A stretch of 64,000 nt of DNA from an uncultured bacterium (GCA_937900255.1 CALCDZ010000003.1:191149-255148); one strand, 5' to 3'; shown: positions 54,040 to 63,645, counted from the first letter of the stretch. Translations and numbers: made by a program. The notes: generated by a model not told the origin, from the letters alone.

Positions 54040-55509
54040 ATGGCAAACGATTCGGTCGTCCTGCGCTTCAGCGACGTGGTCTTCGACTACGGCGAGAACA
54101 AGCCCATTCTGGATGAGGCGAGCTTCAGCGTGCGCAACGGCTCCAAAGTCGCGCTCATGGGCCAGAACGGCGCCGGTAAGACGTCGCTTTTCAGCCTGAT
54201 CCTGCGCGAGCAGGCGCCTAAGGGCGGCGGCATCTTCACGACGCCCAACGACGCCACGATCGGCATCGCCAAGCAGGTCGTCACGCCGGAGCAGATGGAG
54301 ATGACGGTCCGCGATTATTTCGGCTCGACCTTCGGCGAAGACGTGCCGTACAACCTCGACAAGCGCATCGCCGACGTCCTGGACGCCGTGAACCTCACGA
54401 CCGACATCAAGAAGAAGGTCCGCGAGCACTCCGGCGGCCAGCAGGCGCGCTTGCTCCTGGCCTACTCGCTGATCCAGGACCCGGACATCCTGCTGCTCGA
54501 CGAGCCGACCAACAACCTCGACGCCGCCGGCATCGAGCACCTGACCGGCTTCCTCATGATGTACGACAAGACCGTCATCGTCATCTCGCACGACGCCGAC
54601 TTCCTGAACGCCTTCACCGACGGCGTCCTGTACTTGGACGTACACACCCACAAGGTGGAGCAGTATTCCGGCAACTACATGAACGTGGTCGAGGAGATCG
54701 CGCAGCGCGTCGAGCGGGAGCGCCAGAACAACGCCCGCGCCGAAGCCGAAATCCGGAAGAAGCGCGAGCAGGCCGAAGTCTTCGCCCACAAGGGCGGCAA
54801 GCTCCGTTCGGTCGCCAAGCGCATGCGCGAGGCGGCGGAAGAAGCGGAAGAGAGCATGGTCGATGTCCGCCGGGAGGACCGCACCATCCGCGATTTCGAG
54901 ATCCCCGCGCAGGAGTTCTCCTTCGAGTTCAACGGGCAGATCCTGCAGATCGACAAGATCGGCATCGTCAAGAACGGCGAGCCGGTCGTGAAGGATGCCG
55001 ACCTGACGCTGCGTAAAGGCACGCACATGCTCCTGGCCGGACCGAACGGCATCGGCAAGAGCACGTTCCTGGAAAAGATCGCCACGCTCAAGGCGGAGGG
55101 CGTGACGATCGGCAAGGACGTCCAGGTCGGCTACTATCGCCAGGACTTCGGCATGCTCGACTTCGGTCAGACCGCCTTCGACAGCTTGTGGAACGCCATG
55201 GTCCAGAAGGACGAGCAGCGCCTCCGTTCGATCGCTGCCGGTTTCCTGCTGGACGGCCGCGTGCTCGCCACCACCATCCGAAACCTCTCCGAAGGCCAGA
55301 AGGCCCTGCTGTCCTTCGCCCGCCTGGTGCTGATGCGTCCCGGCCTCCTGATCCTCGACGAACCGACCAATCACATCAACTTCCGCCACTTGCCGATCAT
55401 CGCCAAGGCGCTCGATGAGTACAAGGGAGCGCTGCTCATGGTCAGCCACATCCCGGACTTCGTCTCGCAGATCCGCATCGACTGGACGATCGACTTGGGA
55501 GAACTTTGA
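54040..55509 (+). CDS. ABC-F family ATPase (tandem ABC domains, no TM domain)
   Basis: Two Walker A motifs (GQNGAGKTS, GPNGIGKST) and two signature motifs (HSGGQQAR, LSEGQKAL) are joined by a charged linker (ERERQNNARAEAEIRKKREQAE). Confidence 0.85.
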   Translation: MANDSVVLRFSDVVFDYGENKPILDEASFSVRNGSKVALMGQNGAGKTSLFSLILREQAPKGGGIFTTPNDATIGIAKQVVTPEQMEMTVRDYFGSTFGEDVPYNLDKRIADVLDAVNLTTDIKKKVREHSGGQQARLLLAYSLIQDPDILLLDEPTNNLDAAGIEHLTGFLMMYDKTVIVISHDADFLNAFTDGVLYLDVHTHKVEQYSGNYMNVVEEIAQRVERERQNNARAEAEIRKKREQAEVFAHKGGKLRSVAKRMREAAEEAEESMVDVRREDRTIRDFEIPAQEFSFEFNGQILQIDKIGIVKNGEPVVKDADLTLRKGTHMLLAGPNGIGKSTFLEKIATLKAEGVTIGKDVQVGYYRQDFGMLDFGQTAFDSLWNAMVQKDEQRLRSIAAGFLLDGRVLATTIRNLSEGQKALLSFARLVLMRPGLLILDEPTNHINFRHLPIIAKALDEYKGALLMVSHIPDFVSQIRIDWTIDLGEL

Positions 55510-55511
55510 GA

Positions 55512-55543
55512 AGAAAAAGGACGCCTGCGAGGGCGTCTTTTTC
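55512..55543. terminator. bidirectional rho-independent terminator (ABC-F / EamA)
   Basis: The stem GACGCC-TGCGAG-GGCGTC is flanked by an A-run and a T5 run. Confidence 0.6.
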
Positions 55544-55580
55544 GTCTGCGGCCTCTCGTGCTGCTTCTGGTGGAGATAGG

Positions 55581-56468
55581 CTAAGCCACGATCCACGCGC
55601 CGGCGAGCAGGAGGGCGATGGCGGCGATCTTGCGCGCCAGGAGCCCGCCCCCTTGTTCCTCGCTGATGATGCCGGGCCAGTGGCGCATCGCGAGGGCGGT
55701 GAAGAGCAGCAGGAAGAGCGGTTGCGTGCCGACCAAGGCGTTCACGAGCGTGACGTAGCCGGTCGCGCTCGCGGACAGGAAGAAGATGGTCGTGATCGAC
55801 GTGAGGCCCTCGCTCAGGCCCGTCAACGAGAGGACGATCCGCCCGTGCTTCCTGACGGCGGAGGCGAATGCGCGGTAGCCGGACGCGAGGAAGGGGGCGC
55901 CCACGAAGGACGTGCCGATCTTGCCGTAAGCGAAGATCGTCCACGGGTCCGATTGCGCGAGCGCGTGTTTCGAGGCGATGGCGCCGGCCGAGACCAGGAG
56001 CATCGAAAGCAGCATCCATCCGACGCCCTTGCCGAAACGGAAGCCGCGCAGGCGCTTGAGGGAAGCCAGGAGCGCGCCGAGGACGATGAACAGCACGCCG
56101 GCATATTTGATCGGTGGGAAGATCTCCTGCAGGACCAGCGCCGCGAAGGCGGCCACGACGAGCGGCGAGAGGCTGGCGAGCGGTACGAGCCGCGACACTT
56201 CCCCGAGCTGGATCGCCCGGAAGTAGCAGAACGTGGAGAGGGAGAGGGCGGCCCCGGAGGCGAGCGCGACCAGCAGCTGGACGGGCGGAAGCGCAGGGAC
56301 GCCGAGCCACAGGAGCGCGATGATGCCCGAAAGCATCTCGATCACGCTGAACGCGAAGAACGAGCCCCGGATGTCGGTCATCCAGTTCGCGAGCACGCTC
56401 TTGTCGATCACGCTCACGGCCGCCATCGAGGCGGAAGCCAGGAGCGCATAGAGGACCCAGATGGGCAT
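55581..56468 (-). CDS. EamA/DMT-superfamily transporter
   Basis: Ten TM helices form two EamA repeats. Confidence 0.8.
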   Translation of the reverse strand: MPIWVLYALLASASMAAVSVIDKSVLANWMTDIRGSFFAFSVIEMLSGIIALLWLGVPALPPVQLLVALASGAALSLSTFCYFRAIQLGEVSRLVPLASLSPLVVAAFAALVLQEIFPPIKYAGVLFIVLGALLASLKRLRGFRFGKGVGWMLLSMLLVSAGAIASKHALAQSDPWTIFAYGKIGTSFVGAPFLASGYRAFASAVRKHGRIVLSLTGLSEGLTSITTIFFLSASATGYVTLVNALVGTQPLFLLLFTALAMRHWPGIISEEQGGGLLARKIAAIALLLAGAWIVA

Positions 56469-56513
56469 ATCACCCTCATTCTACCATGAGCGTGGACGTG
56501 GTATGCTTCCGCC

Positions 56514-56912
56514 ATGACGAACGACAAGATGATCCGCACGGAAGATGAGTGGAAGAAGATCCTGACGCCGGAGGAGTATCATGTCCTGCGCGAGAAGGGG
56601 ACGGAACCGCCGGGTTCGGGCGAGTTGTATCATAATACGGAAAACGGGATGTACGCCTGTCGCGCCTGCGGAGCGGAACTGTTTTCCTCCGGCGCCAAGT
56701 ACGATTCCGGCTCCGGTTGGCCGAGCTTCTGGGAGGCGATCGATCCCGCGAAGATCCTCAAGACGACCGACCGCAGCTTGGGCATGACACGGACGGAAAT
56801 CTCCTGCGCCCGTTGCGGCTCCCATCTCGGCCACGTGTTCGACGACGGGCCCCGCGACAAGACCGGGGAGCGTTTCTGCGTGAATTCGATGTCCTTAAGA
56901 TTCAAGAAATGA
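56514..56912 (+). CDS. msrB: peptide-methionine (R)-S-oxide reductase
   Basis: SelR motifs are present (GMYACRACGAELFSS, GWPSF, CARCGSHLGHVFDDGP). Confidence 0.9.
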   Translation: MTNDKMIRTEDEWKKILTPEEYHVLREKGTEPPGSGELYHNTENGMYACRACGAELFSSGAKYDSGSGWPSFWEAIDPAKILKTTDRSLGMTRTEISCARCGSHLGHVFDDGPRDKTGERFCVNSMSLRFKK

Positions 56913-56919
56913 CGTTCCT

Positions 56920-57231
56920 ATGCATGGGTTCATCACCTTCATCCGCGAGAAAGGCATCGTCGGGCTCGCCGTCGGTTTTCTCATGGGCGGAGCGATCTCC
57001 AAATTGGTGACCGCTTTCGTCGAGGACATCGTCAATCCGCTGATCGGGTTGCTGACCAGCAAGGTCGGCGACCTGTCCCAGGCCTCGTTCAGCATCGGCA
57101 CGGCGAGCGTCAAATGGGGAGGGTTCCTCTCCTCGCTCATCGATTTCACCGTGATCGCCGCGGTCATCTATTTCGGCTTCCGCTGGCTTGGCCTCGAGAA
57201 GCTCGATAAGAAAACTGGGGGTCAGGGCTGA
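56920..57231 (+). CDS. mscL: large-conductance mechanosensitive channel
   Basis: The sequence FIREKGIVGLAVGFLMGGAISKLVTAFVEDIVNPLIG is the MscL TM1 signature. Confidence 0.9.
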   Translation: MHGFITFIREKGIVGLAVGFLMGGAISKLVTAFVEDIVNPLIGLLTSKVGDLSQASFSIGTASVKWGGFLSSLIDFTVIAAVIYFGFRWLGLEKLDKKTGGQG

Positions 57232-57235
57232 ACCT

Positions 57236-57664
57236 ATGGACGCCAAGAGCTATTTCCGCGCCGCGCTCGGACTGTCGTCGGCAGGCGCGATCTTCTCCGG
57301 GTATCTGAGCGGCGTGAAGCTTTTCAGCGGAAGCTGCGCCTTCAGCGAGCCCTGCCCGTATTTTCTGGGCTATCCGGCCTGCTGGTACGGCTTCGCGATG
57401 TTCCTGGTCCTCTTGGGCTTGGCGTCATCCGGGCGTTTCGGCGGGATGAAGCCTTGGTCATCGGCATGGGGCGTCCTGGCGGTTTCCATGCTCGGAACCG
57501 CCTTTGCCGGATCGTTCATCGTGCAGGAACTGCGCGCCTGGTTCGTCGCCGGACACGCGAACTTTTATGGGTTCGGCCTCCCATCGTGTTTTTACGGCTT
57601 GGTCTTCTACGCCGCCCTGCTCATGCTTTCCGCATCCTTCATCCTTCGTAAAAAAGACTCATAA
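57236..57664 (+). CDS. hypothetical Cys-containing membrane protein
   Basis: The ATG at 57236 opens a protein with four hydrophobic segments and a CAFSEPCPY pair in the first loop. Family assignment is uncertain. Confidence 0.5.
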   Translation: MDAKSYFRAALGLSSAGAIFSGYLSGVKLFSGSCAFSEPCPYFLGYPACWYGFAMFLVLLGLASSGRFGGMKPWSSAWGVLAVSMLGTAFAGSFIVQELRAWFVAGHANFYGFGLPSCFYGLVFYAALLMLSASFILRKKDS

Positions 57665-57673
57665 CCTTTCCCT

Positions 57674-58174
57674 ATGGGTTCCTGGTGCACGGATCGTCTC
57701 GATCGATCGGACAAGAAGTTCCTGGCGGCTTTGCGTATCGCGCTCGGTTGGGTGTTCCTGTATGCAGGCACCTCCCACCTCTTTACCCGCGGCTGGTCGG
57801 CTAAAGGGTATCTGATGGGCGCCAAGACGTTCACGGCCTTTTACCACCTGCTGGCATCCGACGCCCTGCTGCCGGTCGTCAATTTCCTGAATGTCTGGGG
57901 TTTGACGCTGATCGGGATCTCGCTCATCCTCGGCCTGTGCGTGCGGCTGAGTTCCCTGTTCGGCGCCCTCATGATGCTCCTCTATTATTTCCCGGTCCTT
58001 GATTTCCCGAAGATCGGAGCGAACGCGTACCTGGTGGACGAGCATATCGTCTATGCGCTGGCCCTGTTGGCCTTCGCTTCGGCGAAAGCAGGCCGGACAT
58101 GGGGTTTGGATGCCCGCTGCGCGAATCTCGGTGCTGGCGGGAAGTATCGGAAACTTCAGGACTGGATCGGTTGA
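57674..58174 (+). CDS. DoxX-family membrane protein
   Basis: The DoxX pattern LRIALGWVFLYAGTSHL...GLTLIGISLILGL is present. Confidence 0.8.
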   Translation: MGSWCTDRLDRSDKKFLAALRIALGWVFLYAGTSHLFTRGWSAKGYLMGAKTFTAFYHLLASDALLPVVNFLNVWGLTLIGISLILGLCVRLSSLFGALMMLLYYFPVLDFPKIGANAYLVDEHIVYALALLAFASAKAGRTWGLDARCANLGAGGKYRKLQDWIG

Positions 58175-58185
58175 TGGGCCTCGTA

Positions 58186-58213
58186 TGAGGATCCGAAAAA
58201 AGCGCCGAAGGGC
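58186..58213. terminator. bidirectional rho-independent terminator (DoxX / nrdG)
   Basis: The stem AGCGCC-GAAG-GGCGCT is flanked by an A6 run and a T6 run. Confidence 0.6.
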
Positions 58214-58249
58214 GCTTTTTTCATCCGGGGAAGGCGCCGAAGACGGCGC

Positions 58250-58939
58250 TCAGGCGCGGATTTCCAGTCGGAGATCGGGTCGCATGGCTCGGATGCGTTC
58301 GCCGACGGCTTCAAGATCGGTCGGAGCCGATCTTGCCAGGTCGGGCTGCAGGGTCTTCCCGTAACGCATCTCCTGGAGCGCATAACGGCAGCCAGGCTCC
58401 AGACCGTCCGCGATTTCGAGCAGGCCCTCTTCGGAATGCGAAGCGGGCCAGACGGTCGTCCGGAACTCGTGCGGGACGCCGGACGACGCGAGGAGCGCTT
58501 GTGTCGCGCGGCAGTTATCGGCGGCCGAGGCGGCCACCGGTCCGATCACCTCGCCGTACCGGCGCCAGACGTGCTTCAGGTCCATCGCGACGTAGTCGAC
58601 CAGTCCGCGTTCAATGATCGATCCGACCATCTTCGGATGCAGGCCGTTGGTGTCGAGCTTGACGGCCAAGCCGAGCGCCTTGATGCGCGCCAGGAATTCC
58701 GGAAGGTCGGGCTGGACCGTCGGCTCGCCGCCGGTCACGCAGACGCCATCGATGAAGCCGCTGCGCCTGGAGATGCGCGCCAGGACTTCTTCCTGATCCA
58801 TGGCGCCTCCCGTCATCGGCAGCAGCTCGGGATTGTGGCAGTACGCGCATCGGAACGGGCAGCCTTGGGTGAAGACGGTCGAGGCCACCCTGCCCGGGAA
58901 ATCAAGCAACGTAAGCGGCTGGTACCCGGCGATGCGCAT
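58250..58939 (-). CDS. nrdG: anaerobic ribonucleoside-triphosphate reductase activating protein (radical SAM)
   Basis: The sequence MRIAGYQPLTLLDFPGRVASTVFTQGCPFRCAYCHN carries CxxxCxxC. It is the C-terminal 229 aa of ORF 58250..59509, whose N-terminal part is low-complexity overlap with nrdD. The start overlaps the nrdD 3' end by about 38 nt. Confidence 0.8.
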   Translation of the reverse strand: MRIAGYQPLTLLDFPGRVASTVFTQGCPFRCAYCHNPELLPMTGGAMDQEEVLARISRRSGFIDGVCVTGGEPTVQPDLPEFLARIKALGLAVKLDTNGLHPKMVGSIIERGLVDYVAMDLKHVWRRYGEVIGPVAASAADNCRATQALLASSGVPHEFRTTVWPASHSEEGLLEIADGLEPGCRYALQEMRYGKTLQPDLARSAPTDLEAVGERIRAMRPDLRLEIRA

Positions 58940-60743
58940 AGGAGGTTTCCTGCGTCGCAGGCAAGGCATATTCCTTGCGATGGACGTACTCGCTCTTTTT
59001 TCCGACGTTCCATTGTTCGATCGGGCGGAAGTACCCCACGATGCGCGACCAGATTTCGCAGCGGGTGCCGCACTTCGGGCACTCGGGCTGTTCGCCCGAG
59101 AGATAGCCGTGCGTCGGGCAGACGCTGAAGGTCGGGGTAAGCGTGAAGTAGGGGAGCCGGTACGATTCCGCGACCTTGCGGACGAACCGCGCGCAAGCCT
59201 TCCAGTCTTGGACGCGTTCTCCGAGGAACAGGTGCAGGACGGTGCCGCCGGTATACTTCGCCTGCAGGTCGTCCTGATGATCGAGCGCCGAGAGCGGGTC
59301 GTCCGTGTAGCCGACCGGAAGGTGGCTGGAGTTGGTGTAGTAGGGGGCCTGCTTCGTGCCGGATTGGACGATGTCCGGGAAGCGCGCGCGGTCTTCCTTG
59401 GCGAAACGGTAGGTCGTGCCTTCGGCAGGCGTGGCCTCGAGGTTATAGAGGTGTCCGGTCTCCTCCTGATACGTGACCAGGCGATCGCGCATGAAGTCGA
59501 GCACCTCAAGCGCGAAGGATCGGCCTTCCTCGGTCGTGATGTCGCCGCCGAGGAGGTTCTCGGCCGCCTCGTTCATCCCGTTGAGGCCCACGGTCGAGAA
59601 GTGGTTGCGCAGCGTGCCGAGATAGCGCTTGGTGTACGGCAGGAGCCCGCGGTCGATGAGGCCTTGGACGGTCGTGCGCTTGATTTCGAGCGACTCTTTG
59701 GCCAGGTCCATCAGCCTTCCCAATCGCCGGAAGAAGGCGGCTTTCGAAGCGGCGACGTGGCCGAGCCTTGCCAGGTTGATGGTGACGACGCCGACCGACC
59801 CCGTCATTTCCGCCGAACCGAACAGGCCGCCGCCGCGCGCCCGGAGCGCGCGCAGGTCCAGCTGGAGACGGCAGCACATGCTGCGGACATCCTTCGGGTC
59901 GAGGTCGGAGTTCACGAAGTTCTGGAAGTACGGGATACCGTACTTCGCGGTCATCTCGAAGAGCCTCCGCGCGTTTTCGGATTCCCAGTCGAAATCCTTG
60001 GTCACGTTATAGGTCGGGATCGGGAACGTGAAGATGCGTCCTTTGGCGTCGCCCGACGTCATCACCTCGATGAACGCCTGATTGATGAGGTCCATCTCCT
60101 CGCGGCAGTCGGCGTAGGTGAACTCCTGCTCGACGCCGGCGATGCGCGGATGCGTCTCGGCCAGGTCGACGGGTACGGTCCAGTCGAGCGTGATGTTGGT
60201 GAACGGCGTCTGCATGCCCCAGCGCGAGGGGACATTCAAGTTGAAGACGAACTGTTGGATGGCCTGCCTGACTTGCGCGTGAGAGAGGCCGTCTTTCTTC
60301 ACGTAGGGGGCGAGCAGGGTGTCGAAAGAGGAGAATGCCTGCGCTCCGGCCCACTCGTTCTGGAGCGTGCCGAGGAAGTTGACCATCTGGCCGAGCGCCG
60401 TCTCGAAATGCCTGGGCGGAGCTGATTCCACCCGGCCGACCACCCCGTTGAAGCCTTCTTCCAGCAGCTGGCGCAGGCTCCAGCCCGCGCAGTAGCCGGA
60501 CAGGAGGTCGAGGTCGTGGATGTGGAAATCTCCCGAGACGTGCGCCGAACGCACGGCTTTCGGATAGACGCGATCGAGCCAATAGCGCGCCGTCAGCTTG
60601 CCGGAGATGTTCAGGATCATCCCGCCCAAGGAGTAGCCCTGGTTGGCGTTGGCGTTCACCCGCCAGTCGGAACGGTCCAGGTATTCTTCGATGGTCTCGA
60701 CGGCATCGACGTTCGATCGGACGCGGGCGCGCGCGTGAGGCAT
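58902..60743 (-). CDS. nrdD: anaerobic ribonucleoside-triphosphate reductase (class III RNR)
   Basis: The 613-aa ORF has the NrdD core, a C-terminal Zn ribbon CPKCGTRC and a glycyl-radical motif SRIVGYFRP. Confidence 0.9.
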   Translation of the reverse strand: MPHARARVRSNVDAVETIEEYLDRSDWRVNANANQGYSLGGMILNISGKLTARYWLDRVYPKAVRSAHVSGDFHIHDLDLLSGYCAGWSLRQLLEEGFNGVVGRVESAPPRHFETALGQMVNFLGTLQNEWAGAQAFSSFDTLLAPYVKKDGLSHAQVRQAIQQFVFNLNVPSRWGMQTPFTNITLDWTVPVDLAETHPRIAGVEQEFTYADCREEMDLINQAFIEVMTSGDAKGRIFTFPIPTYNVTKDFDWESENARRLFEMTAKYGIPYFQNFVNSDLDPKDVRSMCCRLQLDLRALRARGGGLFGSAEMTGSVGVVTINLARLGHVAASKAAFFRRLGRLMDLAKESLEIKRTTVQGLIDRGLLPYTKRYLGTLRNHFSTVGLNGMNEAAENLLGGDITTEEGRSFALEVLDFMRDRLVTYQEETGHLYNLEATPAEGTTYRFAKEDRARFPDIVQSGTKQAPYYTNSSHLPVGYTDDPLSALDHQDDLQAKYTGGTVLHLFLGERVQDWKACARFVRKVAESYRLPYFTLTPTFSVCPTHGYLSGEQPECPKCGTRCEIWSRIVGYFRPIEQWNVGKKSEYVHRKEYALPATQETSYAHRRVPAAYVA

Positions 60744-60807
60744 AGGAACGGAAGATGAATAAAAAAACCCGCTTGCGCGAGCTTCTGGAGCTTCTGGGGA
60801 TGGGCGC

Positions 60808-61050
60808 TTACGGGGTTGTCTCGACTGGAATCCGGTTCGGGCAGGGATCGACTCCGCAGAGCAGGCGGTGGTGCATCGTGGCGGATACGGTGCTCAGGGC
60901 ATGGCAATGCCGGCACTTGATCTCCACGTCGCCTTCCACCAGCACCCCGCGGAACAGCAGTTTCCTGCACTGCGGACATCGGTACTCTTTGAGGCAGCCT
61001 GGCATGGGCGAAAAACGGTTATGCACAGCTCTACTACATATGGTACTCAA
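60808..61050 (-). CDS. Mu Com-like zinc-finger small protein
   Basis: YRCPQCRKLLFRGVLVEGDVEIKCRHCHAL parallels Mu Com RCxxCxKLLF...IEIRCPRC. It is the first gene of the minus-strand com-like/nrdD/nrdG operon. The start may be the internal Met (MPGCL). Confidence 0.6.
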   Translation of the reverse strand: MSTICSRAVHNRFSPMPGCLKEYRCPQCRKLLFRGVLVEGDVEIKCRHCHALSTVSATMHHRLLCGVDPCPNRIPVETTP

Positions 61051-61149
61051 AATGCGATCGTACTACAAGATGTAGATAGGCGCTGACCTGTTACCTTCGG
61101 CGCCCATGAGCGTAGTACACTGGTGAGAGAGCGCTCTCACCGCAACCAC

Positions 61150-61674
61150 ATGGATTCCAAGGCTTTCGGAGACCTGTATGACGCCCATGTCCGGCAGGTC
61201 TACCGCTATCATTATTACCGCACGCAGCACCGCGAGACGGCCGAGGATTTGACGTCCTTGACCTTCACGAAGGCACTTGGCCGCATCGGGACGTTCGACC
61301 CGGAACGGGGGACCTTCCTGGCGTGGATCTACCGCATCGCCCGCAACGCGCTCGTCGATCACTATCGGGCGGCGCGGGAGGCCGTCGATATCGACGACGT
61401 CTGGGACCTGAAGTCCGACGCGGACGTGCAGAAGGACGCCGAAACGCGGGAGCGGATCGAAAAACTCCGCCCGTATCTTCAAGCCCTGCCGAAAGACCAG
61501 CGCGAGATCCTGCTCCTGCGCCTGTGGGATGATCTGCCGTACGCGGACATCGCGGCGATCACCGGACGCAGCGAAGCGGCCTGCAAGATGGCCTTTTCGC
61601 GGACGGTCTCGCGGCTGCGCAAGGACGTGCCCGCTTCCATCCTCCTGCTTCTCCTCTTCATCCGCCTCCTATGA
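61150..61674 (+). CDS. RNA polymerase sigma-70 factor, ECF subfamily
   Basis: Region 2 (DLTSLTFTKALGRIGTFDPERGTFLAWIYRIARN) and region 4 (YADIAAITGRSEAACKMAFSR) are present. Confidence 0.8.
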   Translation: MDSKAFGDLYDAHVRQVYRYHYYRTQHRETAEDLTSLTFTKALGRIGTFDPERGTFLAWIYRIARNALVDHYRAAREAVDIDDVWDLKSDADVQKDAETRERIEKLRPYLQALPKDQREILLLRLWDDLPYADIAAITGRSEAACKMAFSRTVSRLRKDVPASILLLLLFIRLL

Positions 61675-63110
61675 TGACGCCTCTCCGCCTGCAAGAGATC
61701 CTCGATGACCTGTATGCCCTTGACCCCGGACTTCGTGGACGCGAGACGGAACTGCGCTCGTTGATCGTCCAGATGGCCTCATTGCGGCCTGATGCCCCGA
61801 TCGACGATCGTTTCCTGGATCAGCTTAAGAACCGACTCATGACTTCCATGACAAAGACTTCTCAAAACACCTTCCTGCATTTCCTGACCGGCCGCCCTAT
61901 GCGGTACCTGGTCCCTGGGCTGGCCGCGATGGCCTTGGTCGCGATGGTTTCTTTCGCCCCGCGCCATGCCTCGGCGCCGGCCGGTCGCACGTCCGGGATC
62001 GCCCGTGTCGGCACGGAAGCGTTCGGGCGCCTCGGCATCCGCCCTTCCTCCGCCGGGGATGGAGCCGCCGCCGCGGCAGGATCGGGCACTCTCCAGGAAG
62101 CGACGACGCTCGCTCCTGCCGCCGCTTCCATGGGCGCCAAGCTCCTTCCCGCCGATTGGACGCCCACCTATTACAAGTACGTCTATGAAGGAGGGGAGAT
62201 CACGGATCTGGCCGCGAACGTCGACGTCTACCGGCGCGCCGCGGACGTGAAGACATCCTTGCCGGCATCCGCGCTTCGTGGGCTCGATATCGGCCTCATG
62301 GATCTCGCCAAGCTCCGCCGTCCTTCCGTGGGATCGTTCACGTTGATCGAAGATGGGCGGGAGGGGTATGTCGTGAACGTCGACGCTTTCGCCGGCACGA
62401 TTTCCATGCGGGAGAACTCCGAATGGGACCGCCCTGAACGTCAATGCCGTGATCAGGCCTGCTTGGACGCGCAACGGTTGAAGGAAGGGGATATGCCGTC
62501 CGCATCCGAAGCCATCAAGGCTGCCGACGACTTCCTTGCGAAATTCGGCATCTCAAAGGAGGGATACGGGACGCCGTCCGTGCGCGATGATTGGAGGCCT
62601 CGTTATCTCGCCGCCGCCGACAAGGAAGCGTTCTGGCTTCCCGATACCGTCACGGTGGTCTACCCGTACGTCGCGGACGGAAAGAATCTCGCGGACGAGT
62701 CCGGGTCGCCGTATGGGTTGAACGTCGAAATCGATGCCCGTCGCAAACAGGCAGTGGGCCTTTCGAACCTGACGGCGCGCCGCTTCGAGAGCTCTTCGTA
62801 TCCGGCCGCGACCGACGCCAAGCGCCTGATCGCCATCGCCGAACGTGGAGGCCTGTTCGGATCGACGGACATCCCTCGTGACGCCAAGGTCGTCGAGATC
62901 CGTCTCGGCAAGCCGACCGTCGTGAACGAGCGGGTTTGGAGGTGGGACGGCGTCGGAGGGTCGGAACTGTTCGCCCCCGCGCTCGTCTTTCCGGTCATCG
63001 ATCCTCCCGAAGGGTTCGTCCAGGCAGGCGTGAGCGTGCCGTTGGCCGAGGAACTGCTCAAGACCGACGACGCGTCAGCGCCTACGCCGCTGATCCTCAT
63101 GAACAAGTGA
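61671..63110 (+). CDS. putative membrane-spanning anti-sigma factor
   Basis: The ATG overlaps the sigma stop (ATGA). A cytoplasmic N-domain, a single TM (LVPGLAAMALVAMVSFA) and a large extracytoplasmic domain are typical of ECF partners. Confidence 0.5.
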   Translation: MMTPLRLQEILDDLYALDPGLRGRETELRSLIVQMASLRPDAPIDDRFLDQLKNRLMTSMTKTSQNTFLHFLTGRPMRYLVPGLAAMALVAMVSFAPRHASAPAGRTSGIARVGTEAFGRLGIRPSSAGDGAAAAAGSGTLQEATTLAPAAASMGAKLLPADWTPTYYKYVYEGGEITDLAANVDVYRRAADVKTSLPASALRGLDIGLMDLAKLRRPSVGSFTLIEDGREGYVVNVDAFAGTISMRENSEWDRPERQCRDQACLDAQRLKEGDMPSASEAIKAADDFLAKFGISKEGYGTPSVRDDWRPRYLAAADKEAFWLPDTVTVVYPYVADGKNLADESGSPYGLNVEIDARRKQAVGLSNLTARRFESSSYPAATDAKRLIAIAERGGLFGSTDIPRDAKVVEIRLGKPTVVNERVWRWDGVGGSELFAPALVFPVIDPPEGFVQAGVSVPLAEELLKTDDASAPTPLILMNK

Positions 63111-63165
63111 CGGATAGGACGCTCCTCCTGCGGGAGCGTTCTTCTTTTTTCCGCCATCTGCTACG

Positions 63166-63645
63166 ATGACGGATATGGTCAAGACGCTGACGCTCTGCAT
63201 CGTCCGTGACGATGCCCGCATCCTCCTCGGCATGAAGAAGCGCGGTTTCGGCGCAGGGCGCTGGAACGGCTTCGGCGGAAAGGTCGCCTCCGGAGAGACG
63301 ATCGAGGCGGCTGCCAAGCGGGAGCTGCTTGAGGAGTGCGGATTGGAGGCGGTCAAGCTCGCGAAAGCGGGCATCCTGCGGTTCGCTTTCGCGTCCGATC
63401 CGGAAACGCTCGAGGTCCATGTCTTCGACGTCCTCGAGCATGTCGGGACGCCCTCCGAGACGGAAGAGATGGTCCCACGCTGGTTCAAGCTGACGGACAT
63501 CCCGTTCGAACGCATGTGGCCGGACGATCGTCATTGGCTCCCGCGTTTCCTCGAGAGCGGGCGTGTCGACGGTAGTTTTTATTTCCTCGACGAAGATACG
63601 CTTCTTGATTTTTCGGTCCACGAAGGCGCTTTGGCGACCGTATGA
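63166..63645 (+). CDS. NUDIX hydrolase (MutT/8-oxo-dGTPase-like)
   Basis: A Nudix box GGKVASGETIEAAAKRELLEECG is present. Confidence 0.8.
   Translation: MTDMVKTLTLCIVRDDARILLGMKKRGFGAGRWNGFGGKVASGETIEAAAKRELLEECGLEAVKLAKAGILRFAFASDPETLEVHVFDVLEHVGTPSETEEMVPRWFKLTDIPFERMWPDDRHWLPRFLESGRVDGSFYFLDEDTLLDFSVHEGALATV

Noticed and set aside
53998-56310. Minus-strand 770-aa ORF antisense to ABC-F and overlapping EamA
   Set aside because: It is a composite antisense artefact. Both the ABC-F (+) and EamA (-) genes have clear family signatures.
58940-59509. N-terminal 190 aa of ORF 58250..59509 as part of NrdG
   Set aside because: This portion is a Ser/Arg/Thr/Pro-rich translation of the nrdD coding region in another frame. 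NrdG homology begins at the internal Met (MRIAGYQPLTLLDFPG).
58800-60425. Plus-strand 541-aa ORF antisense to nrdG/nrdD
   Set aside because: No family similarity. NrdD and NrdG on the minus strand are unambiguous.
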